Both the position numbers and the translations under genes were made by a program. The notes under the pieces were generated by a model that saw nothing but the letters and a program-made list of their open reading frames with translations, was not told the DNA's origin and ran no database searches. From a virus, in IMG/VR virus record IMGVR_UViG_3300045988_141072, positions 1-64,000 of that record: a DNA stretch of 64,000 nt. One strand, 5' to 3'. Within the stretch, counting starts at the first letter, position 1. Each line of letters starts with the position of its first letter. This document shows positions 7,932 through 16,338 of the stretch, one piece after another.

Positions 7932-9251
7932 ATGTATTGTGCTTATATCACAACATTAAAAGGATTAAGAAAACATAGCAACGCTGATAGATTACAGTGT
8001 GTAGAAGTATTTGGACAGAATGTAATTGTAGATTTGAGTTATCAGGAAGGACAGAAAGTAATTTTCTTCCCATCTGACGGTCAGTTATCACTTGAATATG
8101 CGACAGATAATAACCTTGTCAGAAAGAAAGACGAGAATGGAAACAACATTGGTGGTTATATGGATGCTGAGAAGAGAAATGTGACTGCTATTAGACTTAG
8201 AGGTGAAAAGTCAGAAGGTCTTGTATTACCAATTGAGACACTTGCTAAGTATACAGATATTTCAAAATTAAAAGATGGCGATCAGATTACAGTTCTTGGT
8301 GGTCATGAGATTTGTCAGAAATATATCCCAAGAGGAAAAAATCGTTCAAGAAGTAATGGGAATGGTGCAAATAAAAAGAATAAGTTTCAGAAAGAAACTG
8401 TATCATATCCATTTTTCGAGGAGCATAAAGATACTGCACAGCTTGCGTATAATATGTCAGCATTTAAGCCAGGAGATACGATTTATATTACTCGTAAGCT
8501 TCACGGAACATCTGCTCGTACCATGAAAACAGTTAAGATTACAAAGAAGAATAGTAAGCTGAGAAAGTTTTTACATATGCAGCAAAAGGTTACAAGAGAA
8601 GTTTCTGTTGTATCTGGTAGCAGAAGAGTCGTATTAAAGGATATGACAAAGAACGATGGATATTATTCTGATAATGGATTCAGAAAAAAATATCATGATT
8701 TATTAAAAGACAAGCTTCCTGAAGGTGCTGAGATTTTCTATGAAATTGTTGGCTATGTAAATGAAACAACACCAATTATGGGTTCAGTATCTAATAAGGG
8801 AGTTAAGGAAAAAGAATTTACAAAGAAATTTGGCGACACCACAACATTCTCATATGATTGTGAGCCAGGTGAAAATGAGATGTATGTATATCGAATGACA
8901 ATGACAACAGCAGATGGAACAGTTGTTGAAGTACCTTGGGAGACTGTAGAAGTATGGTGTGACAAGTTAGGTGTTAAACATGTACCTGATTTAGAGAAGT
9001 TTATTTTTACTACACCAGAAGATTTGAAAGAAAGAGTAAATAAATATCTTGATGGTATGCCAGCAGATGAAATCGGCAAGACACATGTTGCCGAAGGTGT
9101 AGTTGTTCGTATTGATAACAGAGCAACATTCACGGCTTATAAGGATAAGGTGTTTGAATTTAAGGTAATTGAGGGAATCGCCAAAGATACATCTGATGTA
9201 CCTGATATGGAAGAAGCTGAAGAGTTGTTTGAGGAGACTTTAAATGAGTAA
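7932..9251 (+). CDS. ATP-dependent RNA ligase, DraRnl/Rnl5-like (N-terminal OB-type module plus nucleotidyltransferase domain)
   Basis: Motif I lysine in ITRKLHGTS (compare the KxHGT of Rnl2-type ligases); EIFYEIVGY (motif III-like); HVAEGVVVR (motif IV); AYKDKVFEFK (motif V). The N-terminus (..LRKHSNADRLQCVEVFGQNVIV..) resembles a tRNA-binding OB module. Confidence 0.8.
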   Translation: MYCAYITTLKGLRKHSNADRLQCVEVFGQNVIVDLSYQEGQKVIFFPSDGQLSLEYATDNNLVRKKDENGNNIGGYMDAEKRNVTAIRLRGEKSEGLVLPIETLAKYTDISKLKDGDQITVLGGHEICQKYIPRGKNRSRSNGNGANKKNKFQKETVSYPFFEEHKDTAQLAYNMSAFKPGDTIYITRKLHGTSARTMKTVKITKKNSKLRKFLHMQQKVTREVSVVSGSRRVVLKDMTKNDGYYSDNGFRKKYHDLLKDKLPEGAEIFYEIVGYVNETTPIMGSVSNKGVKEKEFTKKFGDTTTFSYDCEPGENEMYVYRMTMTTADGTVVEVPWETVEVWCDKLGVKHVPDLEKFIFTTPEDLKERVNKYLDGMPADEIGKTHVAEGVVVRIDNRATFTAYKDKVFEFKVIEGIAKDTSDVPDMEEAEELFEETLNE

Positions 9252-10134
9252 ACCTACATTGTATATCATGTGTGGTCTGTCTGGCAGTGGTAAATCAACC
9301 ATTGCCACTCAGATTGCCAATGAAAATCCAAATACAGTAATTGTATCATCGGATGCGATTCGTGAAGAATTGACAGGTAATTACGAAGACCAACAACATA
9401 ATGAAGAAGTGTTTAAGATTTTTCATGATAGAATCCGTAAGAATTTAGAGAATAAAAAGAATGTAATTGCAGATGCAACTAATCTGACTATGAAATCTCG
9501 CAGAGCAATTATGATGAAAGTAAATGGTTTAAATGTCAGGAAAGTATGTGTAATTATTCCAAAGCCATTTGAACAGTGCAAAAAAGATAATTTACATAGA
9601 GAACATCCTGTATCTGACTTTGTGTTGGATAAGCAGATTAGAAAATTCCAGATTCCGTTCTATGAGGAAAATTTCGATGCCATTAAAATTTATGATCTAC
9701 ATAAAAAACATAAATTATCTGTGCCAGAAATGATACAACAGATGGATAATTTTGATCAACAAAATCCTCATCATACAATGACGCTGGATAAACATTGTAG
9801 AAATACATATGAGTTATTTTGTAAGAAGAATTATCCATTAGAATTTAACATAGCTGCAATATTGCATGATTATGGGAAACTGTTTTGTAAAACAACGGAT
9901 GAAAATTGCATAGCACATTTTTACGATCATAATTCAATTGGTTCATATTTGGTATTGGAAAACTTAGTTGGCGAATATAAGTATGGTCTTTTAGATATTT
10001 GTTTCCTTATTAATTACCATATGATGCCTTTTAGTTGGGATACTGATAAAGCAAAACAGCGTTGGAAAGAAAGATTCGGAGAATATAAATATAAGATGCT
10101 TTTAGATTTTAACGAATGTGATAGAGCGAGGTAA
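9244..10134 (+). CDS. bifunctional end-healing enzyme: N-terminal P-loop polynucleotide kinase plus C-terminal HD phosphohydrolase
   Basis: Walker A is CGLSGSGKST. HD-domain signatures are AAILHDYGK and FYDHNSIG. Overlaps the ligase gene by 8 nt. Confidence 0.8.
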   Translation: MSKPTLYIMCGLSGSGKSTIATQIANENPNTVIVSSDAIREELTGNYEDQQHNEEVFKIFHDRIRKNLENKKNVIADATNLTMKSRRAIMMKVNGLNVRKVCVIIPKPFEQCKKDNLHREHPVSDFVLDKQIRKFQIPFYEENFDAIKIYDLHKKHKLSVPEMIQQMDNFDQQNPHHTMTLDKHCRNTYELFCKKNYPLEFNIAAILHDYGKLFCKTTDENCIAHFYDHNSIGSYLVLENLVGEYKYGLLDICFLINYHMMPFSWDTDKAKQRWKERFGEYKYKMLLDFNECDRAR

Positions 10135-10138
10135 GTGT

Positions 10139-10315
10139 ATGTGCAATCGTTGTGATTATGACTCACCAGACAATCGAATATATGTAGATCCATTAACTAA
10201 TGAATATTATTTGGATATAGAAACATTTGAATGGGATGAGTATGATGATGGATTTGTTCATCAAAAAGAATATATTACGTATTGTCCTTATTGTGGCAGG
10301 AAGTTAAGAGAATAA
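10139..10315 (+). CDS. small zinc-ribbon protein (58 aa)
   Basis: MCNRCDY...YCPYCGRKL contains CxxC...CxxC. ATG 10139 follows GAGGTAAG. Confidence 0.55.
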   Translation: MCNRCDYDSPDNRIYVDPLTNEYYLDIETFEWDEYDDGFVHQKEYITYCPYCGRKLRE

Positions 10316-10401
10316 ATTTAAAAGTAAATTCAGGTTTCATTGGCTTTGAGTAACTTCACAAGAAGTAACATATCCTTGAATTATTGAAAAGAGGTGATTA
10401 A

Positions 10402-10878
10402 GTGTTAGTACCGGCAATTTTATATAAAGAACAGATTACAAAGGAATTTCAGAAATATTATTATACAACAGATATGTTATATGAAACAGGTTGTATGTGT
10501 AATTGGAGTCCTGAAATTGCAGAATGTCCAAATGAGAGTCAATTCCAATATGCAATAGTTGATAAAAGTGGAAAGTTAGTTGGCTACTTAGGATATTCCG
10601 TTGATTGGTATGCATCTAAAGCATATAACTTTGGATTGTTCTCATTTGACAGAGGAAATATCTTGGTTGGTAGGGACGTATTCGATAAATTAGAAGAACT
10701 GATTAAAACATTACATAGAGTTGAATGGCGAGCTGTTGGTGGTAATCCAGCTTGCAGAGGTTACGATAGCTTTATTAAAAGACATAATGGAATGAAACAT
10801 GTTCTGAAAGATTCAATTAAAGATAAGAATGGTGAGTATCACGATGATTTTATTTATGAGATTGTGAATGAAGGATAA
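10402..10878 (+). CDS. GNAT-like acetyltransferase (tentative)
   Basis: Size and pattern (..IVDKSGKLVGYLGY...HRVEWRAVGGNPACRGYDSFIKRHNG..) resemble the GNAT fold. GTG start lies after AAGAGGTGAT. Confidence 0.45.
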   Translation: MLVPAILYKEQITKEFQKYYYTTDMLYETGCMCNWSPEIAECPNESQFQYAIVDKSGKLVGYLGYSVDWYASKAYNFGLFSFDRGNILVGRDVFDKLEELIKTLHRVEWRAVGGNPACRGYDSFIKRHNGMKHVLKDSIKDKNGEYHDDFIYEIVNEG

Positions 10879-10896
10879 TGCATTGGAGGTGAAAAT

Positions 10897-11325
10897 ATGT
10901 ATCAGAATTGTTGTAAGAAATGTGGAAGCATTTCACTACATACAGAAGTAAAAGGTAATAACATAGGACTTTATTGTGATGATTGCGGTGCATGGGTCAA
11001 ATGGCTTGGAAAAGATGAGTTGAGAGCTTTTGAGTATTCTATGAGAGAAGCAACAAAAGAAGAAAACGAAGCTATTGATAAGTATTTAGAAAGCATATCA
11101 AAATCAACAGGCTACAATATATATGAAGATTCAACAATTATTAAAAAACTTAACCGGTTTATAGATGGTATTGATGAAGCTATTGATAGTATATACGTTA
11201 ATCCAACGGCAGAACACGACAAACTTATCTATAATAATGCATATGCTTTTGTTTTAGAACTATGTAAAGTATGTGTCCAGAATATCATTGAAGGTAGAGA
11301 ATTTAATGATTCAGGAGAGGAGTAA
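10897..11325 (+). CDS. hypothetical protein with N-terminal zinc ribbon
   Basis: CCKKCGS...YCDDCG motif; SD is GGAGGTG. Confidence 0.65.
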   Translation: MYQNCCKKCGSISLHTEVKGNNIGLYCDDCGAWVKWLGKDELRAFEYSMREATKEENEAIDKYLESISKSTGYNIYEDSTIIKKLNRFIDGIDEAIDSIYVNPTAEHDKLIYNNAYAFVLELCKVCVQNIIEGREFNDSGEE

Positions 11326-11327
11326 TT

Positions 11328-11612
11328 ATGAAGCCAGTAGTATATTTTGATTTTAAGGAATGTGAAAACGATAATAATAGTGTCGTGATTACGAAAGATA
11401 GGTTAAAAGAGATTTTAGATGAAGTGTATCAAGCAGGATATTCAGATGGAAATTTAAATAAAACTACCATTACAACAACTCCTTGGAATTGGAGAGACAA
11501 TGTTGTGTATTGTGGTGGCAATAATGACCAAATGATTCCTAGAGAAATAACGACAGGAACACCATTAAAAACTAATGGGACAGTTATTACATGTGAAAAT
11601 AAAAAGTCGTAG
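11328..11612 (+). CDS. hypothetical protein
   Basis: ORF track; the ATG is 2 nt after the upstream stop. Confidence 0.6.
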   Translation: MKPVVYFDFKECENDNNSVVITKDRLKEILDEVYQAGYSDGNLNKTTITTTPWNWRDNVVYCGGNNDQMIPREITTGTPLKTNGTVITCENKKS

Positions 11613-11717
11613 GAATCCAATCTTTCATTGGAAAATTTTTAATCATATCTAAGCCATTCGGCTATGGGAATCCCAGTAACAAGAAGAAATAGTATTGTTT
11701 GATAGTTAGGAGAAAAT

Positions 11718-12080
11718 ATGGATTGGAGAGGTAGAAAATATTATATTGTTACATTTTGTTTTGACTCATATGATATGAGGATGAGTTTTCTAAAACTTAT
11801 TCCAAATATTAAATTCACATATTATAAAAATATTCCAAAACAAAGAGATGAAACAGAGGAACGTGGAAATTATCAATTTATGATTGGTGTTCCTAATGGT
11901 TCTTCTGAAGCTGTTGAATATGAATTAAGAAAAGCAGAAAGAAATGATTTTTATTGTAAATGGAAAGAAATTAAACAAGACTTGTCAAAAAAATATCTTG
12001 ATGTATTTGGTAATCCAATGCCTTATAGAAGATGTGATATAAATCCAAATAAAAGATGTAATCATTGTATGAATTGTTAA
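11718..12080 (+). CDS. hypothetical protein
   Basis: ORF track; SD is TAGGAGAA. Confidence 0.65.
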   Translation: MDWRGRKYYIVTFCFDSYDMRMSFLKLIPNIKFTYYKNIPKQRDETEERGNYQFMIGVPNGSSEAVEYELRKAERNDFYCKWKEIKQDLSKKYLDVFGNPMPYRRCDINPNKRCNHCMNC

Positions 12081-12220
12081 TTGATAATTTTACAGTAAAT
12101 ACTATTTTCTTATAGTGGTTGCAAACACTAGGAAAATCAACGATTTTATAATACAGAAAGGTAAAAATAGTAAGCCTATAGGTAATTTAGATTGCGCAAT
12201 CTCTATGGAAATAAGAGATT

Positions 12221-13234
12221 ATGAACAATGAAAATAAGAATACTAATTCATTACGAAAAGCAAAAACACTTGATGAATTATTAAATACGTGTCCACGTAA
12301 TCAAATTATTGGTGATAATTTGGTTAGAGCATGGTCAAAAATTAATAGTGTAAAGTACAAGAAAATAGTTTGCTCGATTTCAGGTGGATCAGATAGTGAC
12401 GTGATGCTTGATATTGTATGGCGATGCGATAAAGATAATAAAGTTGATTATGTTTGGTTTGATACAGGTCTTGAATATCAAGCGACCAAGGATCATCTAA
12501 AATATTTGGAAAACAAATATAATATAAAGATAAAACCATATAAGGCAATTAAGCCTATTCCGTTATCATGTAAACAATATAGTCAACCGTTTATAAACAA
12601 ACAAGCTGCTGAATACATAGATAGACTTCAAAGACATGGTTTTAAATGGGAAGATAAATCGTTTGATGAATTATATAAGGAATATCCTAAGTGTAAAGCT
12701 GCTTTGCTATGGTGGTGTAATTTAAAGAAATCGAATGCTTTTAATATTGCAAATAATAAATGGCTCAAAGAGTTTATTATTGAAAATCCACCAACATTTA
12801 AAATCTCATCAAAATGTTGTCAATATGCAAAAAAGGATGTTTCTCATAAATTGATAAAAGAAAATACATATGAATTAAATATAGTTGGTGTGCGAAGAGC
12901 AGAAGGTGGTGTTAGAGCCACATCCTATAAGTCTTGTTTTAGCGAAGGCGATGATGGATGCGATAATTATAGACCTCTATTTTGGTATAAAGATTCTGAC
13001 AAAATTGATTATGAAAACGTTTATAATGTTGAACATTCAGATTGCTATGTTGTTTATGCCTTGCCAAGAACAGGTTGCGCAGGTTGTCCATTTGGAAGAG
13101 ATTTTGAGAATGAACTTGAAGTTATTCAAAAATATGAACCAAAACTATATAAGGCTGTAAATAATATTTTTGGAGATTCTTACGAATATACAAGGAAGTA
13201 TCGTGAATTTGTAAAGAAAATGAATAAAAAGTAG
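12221..13234 (+). CDS. PP-loop ATP pyrophosphatase, PAPS-reductase-like (phage DndC/IbrA-type family)
   Basis: PP-loop is SISGGSDSDVM. The C-terminal LPRTGCAGCPFG is typical of phage PAPS-reductase-like proteins. Confidence 0.7.
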   Translation: MNNENKNTNSLRKAKTLDELLNTCPRNQIIGDNLVRAWSKINSVKYKKIVCSISGGSDSDVMLDIVWRCDKDNKVDYVWFDTGLEYQATKDHLKYLENKYNIKIKPYKAIKPIPLSCKQYSQPFINKQAAEYIDRLQRHGFKWEDKSFDELYKEYPKCKAALLWWCNLKKSNAFNIANNKWLKEFIIENPPTFKISSKCCQYAKKDVSHKLIKENTYELNIVGVRRAEGGVRATSYKSCFSEGDDGCDNYRPLFWYKDSDKIDYENVYNVEHSDCYVVYALPRTGCAGCPFGRDFENELEVIQKYEPKLYKAVNNIFGDSYEYTRKYREFVKKMNKK

Positions 13235-13292
13235 AGAATAACAAATTGAGAGGTTACGAAAGCCTTGAAAAATAAGGCTTTTAGAATCTCAA
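13232..13292 (+). repeat. Conserved intergenic element, copy B
   Basis: TAGAGAATAA at 13232-13241 (its TAG is the stop codon of the upstream gene). Nested hairpin: TTGAGA..AAAGCCTT / AAGGCTTT..TCTCAA at 13246-13292. Confidence 0.55.
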
Positions 13293-13326
13293 AATATAAA
13301 AATATTACATATAAAGGAGATTTTAA

Positions 13327-13878
13327 ATGAAGAACACGAATTGGAAAGTGCCAGTAATTATTGGCGTAGGAGTATTAGCAGTTATTTTGATGATTGTATT
13401 TGGTGTACAGAGTTCACAGAATAAGGCTATTGCACTTGAGGAGCAGGTAAATACAGCGTCATCAGATATTGAGGTACAGGAAAAGCGAAGAGTTGACCTT
13501 GTATATAACCTTGCTGATTGCGTAAAACAGTATGACAAACATGAAGCTGATACATTGACAGCAGTTGCAGATGGTCGTGGATCAACAGGAGATATTGAGA
13601 ATGTAACAACAGCTATTACAGCAGTTGCAGAAGCATATCCTGAGTTGAAGTCCAATGAGAACTATAAGACTCTTATGAATGAGTTATCCATGACAGAGAA
13701 TATGATTGCAGAATATCGCAGCAATTACAATAAGCAGATTAAGGAATATAAGAGATATGTGAGAAAGTTCCCTACAAGACAGTTCCTTGGATTGCTTGGA
13801 TATGAAGTACAGAAATATGAGTATCTGGATTACAACGCACCAGTTGATGCTCCACAGGATTTGTTTAAAGAGGATTAG
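13327..13878 (+). CDS. lemA: LemA family protein
   Basis: N-terminal TM helix followed by the characteristic LemA sequence (..ALEEQVNTASSDIEVQEKRRVDLVYNL..AEAYPELKSNENYKTLMNELSMTENMIAEYRSNYN..). Confidence 0.85.
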   Translation: MKNTNWKVPVIIGVGVLAVILMIVFGVQSSQNKAIALEEQVNTASSDIEVQEKRRVDLVYNLADCVKQYDKHEADTLTAVADGRGSTGDIENVTTAITAVAEAYPELKSNENYKTLMNELSMTENMIAEYRSNYNKQIKEYKRYVRKFPTRQFLGLLGYEVQKYEYLDYNAPVDAPQDLFKED

Positions 13879-13881
13879 TCT

Positions 13882-14634
13882 ATGAGATATGGTTTTGATT
13901 TTGGCGATTTTGAAATAACAAAACGTGAAATCTTGGCTAGTATTTCTATCATTGCAATTATGATTCTGTTTGGTATTCTGATTTCTTCAAAGATTTCAGA
14001 ACACCAAATGGATAAAAATGAAATTTATAACAAGGCTGTTAAGATAGAAAGTCAAGAAATGTTCCAATACGGAATGGACACAAATGTTGGTAATGCGTTT
14101 GTATATGGTGATTTAAAAGCGGTAGATACAGTTACTTATCCTGAAATTAGTGGAGAATATATGTATGTAGAAAAAGTCAAAGAGAGATATACAATGCATA
14201 CAAGACAAGTAGCTCATACAAGAACTGTTAATGGCAAATCACAAACTTATTATACAACAGAAACATATTGGACTTGGGATAAAGTTGGAAGTGAAGATAT
14301 TAAGTGTAAAGAAATATCGTTTTGTGGAGTAAATTTCACAAGTAATAAAATTGATTTGCCTGGTACTGATTATATTGACACAATTAAAGAGTCAAGTCAT
14401 GTGAGATATAAGTATTATGGTGTTGGCACTGAATATAAAGGAACAATTTTTGCAGATTTGAAAGATAAAACCATTTCTGATAACACATCATTTTATAATA
14501 ATTTGACTATTGACGAGACGATAGAAAGGCTAGAATCTGATTTTCCAATTATTATTTTCTGGATCTTTTGGGTTATTTTAATCGGTGGAATGGTATTTGG
14601 GTTCTATTATTTGGATAATAGATGGTTAGATTAG
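13882..14634 (+). CDS. two-TM membrane protein with large intervening domain
   Basis: Hydrophobic helices near the N-terminus (ILASISIIAIMILFGILISS) and the C-terminus (IIIFWIFWVILIGGMVFGFYYL). Starts 3 nt after lemA. Confidence 0.7.
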   Translation: MRYGFDFGDFEITKREILASISIIAIMILFGILISSKISEHQMDKNEIYNKAVKIESQEMFQYGMDTNVGNAFVYGDLKAVDTVTYPEISGEYMYVEKVKERYTMHTRQVAHTRTVNGKSQTYYTTETYWTWDKVGSEDIKCKEISFCGVNFTSNKIDLPGTDYIDTIKESSHVRYKYYGVGTEYKGTIFADLKDKTISDNTSFYNNLTIDETIERLESDFPIIIFWIFWVILIGGMVFGFYYLDNRWLD

Positions 14635-14675
14635 CAAGAAATTTTTCTTTCTTTTGGATAGGTTGGAGGTGTGAT

Positions 14676-14999
14676 ATGAGAACAGAGAATATAAAAGTAA
14701 CATTTAAAATTCCAATTCCAGTTGATAAGCCTGATTTGAACGGTGTGATATATTCCAAAGAAGCAATTAGAAATGCTTATAAAAATGTAAAGAATATTCC
14801 GATTGAGATACCATGTAGCGATGGTAAGTTTCTTCCTATTGGAGTAGCACAAGAAGTTGAATTGATTGAAGACGAAGATGGTATGTATGTCACAGGCGTT
14901 GGTCTTATTTGGCATGGTGGCACAGAAGAAAGCGTTGAAATTAAGGATGGTAAGGTAACTAGCTTTAAAGTGAATGGCATTGGAATTGCAAAAGAGTAG
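14676..14999 (+). CDS. hypothetical protein
   Basis: ORF track 14622-14999. ATG 14676 lies about 7 nt after GGAGGTG. Confidence 0.6.
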   Translation: MRTENIKVTFKIPIPVDKPDLNGVIYSKEAIRNAYKNVKNIPIEIPCSDGKFLPIGVAQEVELIEDEDGMYVTGVGLIWHGGTEESVEIKDGKVTSFKVNGIGIAKE

Positions 15000-15011
15000 G
15001 AGAATAAGTAT

Positions 15012-15299
15012 ATGGCGATAGGCGATGGAAGAAAAATATATTCAGATAGCACATTAAAATCTATGACAAAAGATAAACTGATTGATATTATTCGCTGCTT
15101 AGAAAGTAATCTTAGAAATGCTCATGAGACAAATGATATTCAATATGAGAACTGTAAGAGGTTACTGAGTGAAGAGAAGAATAAAACACTTGATGAAGTT
15201 CTAAAGGCTTGTGATATAGAATGTGGATTTTACAGTGGCGATGTTAAGAATCTTACAAGACACGTTTTGATGAGAGTATTAGATGGATTGAGAGAATAA
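15012..15299 (+). CDS. hypothetical protein
   Basis: ORF track; SD is TAGGAGAATAAG. Confidence 0.6.
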   Translation: MAIGDGRKIYSDSTLKSMTKDKLIDIIRCLESNLRNAHETNDIQYENCKRLLSEEKNKTLDEVLKACDIECGFYSGDVKNLTRHVLMRVLDGLRE

Positions 15300-15318
15300 A
15301 TATCTGTGAGGTGATGAA

Positions 15319-16215
15319 GTGAAATATATAGAACGAAAAGATTATAACAAGGTGATAACAGTTAAACTTGTGATTCCAGGTGGTTGTAATGCGAAATGTC
15401 CGTTTTGTTACAATAAAGACAAAGATATGTCATGTAACAAACAACAGTTTTTAGATAATTTCATTGAATCACTTGATGATATTATAACCAGAATAGGTGA
15501 TAAAAATCCTATATCAGTTGATATAACTGGTGGCGAACCAACTTTAGATCCTGAATATTTATCAAAAGTGTTTATCAAATTGAAAGAGTTCAATATTAAA
15601 TCAAAGGTTCTTAGAGTAACTATGACAACAAATGGTACTCATCTAAAGGAAGTAATACCGTATATGGAAGATGTTGTTGATTATGTAAATATTTCAATTC
15701 ACGATTGGCGACCATTAAGAAGAGAAGAAATACTTGGATTTTGTTTCAACGGAATTGATTATAAGGATATGGTTCAGCAGCTTAACGATATTAGAATTAC
15801 AGTATCCGCTTGTGCAGTCATATTTAAGAAAGTTCCAAACTTTATAAAGTGGAGAGACTTCTTTATTGATTGGGCGAAAGATGTAGGGTTTATTGCAGTA
15901 AGATTTAGATGCGATGTTTTCTGGAATGATTCTGATGTGTTTGATTACTATTTAACAGAGTCTATGAGTGAGACTGATAAATTTGATGTTATAGATTATG
16001 AAAACACAACGGATTCTCATTGGTGTAGACTTCGCAGAAAAGATAAAATGAGAGTATTTTTCCTACATGGTGTTTTAGACACCTCAATTAAGACAAAAGG
16101 TATTGAATATGTAATAGATACTGATGGTCACTGTTATTGTGATTATTACAGAAGGACAAAAGTAGAAGATTATCAATATGAAGTTGGAAAGATTTATGAT
16201 GCAGTGAGTGATTAA
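15319..16215 (+). CDS. radical SAM enzyme of unknown substrate
   Basis: CxxxCxxC in PGGCNAKCPFCYN. GGEP motif in DITGGEPTLDP. Extra C-terminal cysteines (HWCRL.., GHCYCDYY). GTG start lies after GAGGTGAT. Confidence 0.8.
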   Translation: MKYIERKDYNKVITVKLVIPGGCNAKCPFCYNKDKDMSCNKQQFLDNFIESLDDIITRIGDKNPISVDITGGEPTLDPEYLSKVFIKLKEFNIKSKVLRVTMTTNGTHLKEVIPYMEDVVDYVNISIHDWRPLRREEILGFCFNGIDYKDMVQQLNDIRITVSACAVIFKKVPNFIKWRDFFIDWAKDVGFIAVRFRCDVFWNDSDVFDYYLTESMSETDKFDVIDYENTTDSHWCRLRRKDKMRVFFLHGVLDTSIKTKGIEYVIDTDGHCYCDYYRRTKVEDYQYEVGKIYDAVSD

Positions 16216-16338
16216 ATAGAGAATAACTTAACAGGAATGATTCGTTTCTTTTGAAAATTATAACAGATAGGAGTGATATAAACGAGAGTATATAAAGATA
16301 AACAGTATCTTATTTTCGATTATGAAGATGGACGCACT

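Noticed and set aside
8275-9133. Alternative-frame and antisense ORFs inside the RNA ligase gene (8275-8526 +, 8753-9133 -)
   Set aside because: The main frame carries all the ligase motifs. These are shadow ORFs.
13323-13655. 110-aa minus-strand ORF inside lemA (also 13427-13609)
   Set aside because: It is antisense to a confidently identified LemA gene.
15319-16215. Calling the radical-SAM protein a viperin, or QueE (with 12221-13234 as QueC)
   Set aside because: Only generic radical-SAM and PP-loop motifs are visible. No FolE, QueD or DpdA partners are present, the PP-loop protein is too long and has the PAPS-reductase-type C-terminus, and I cannot verify viperin-specific residues by eye.
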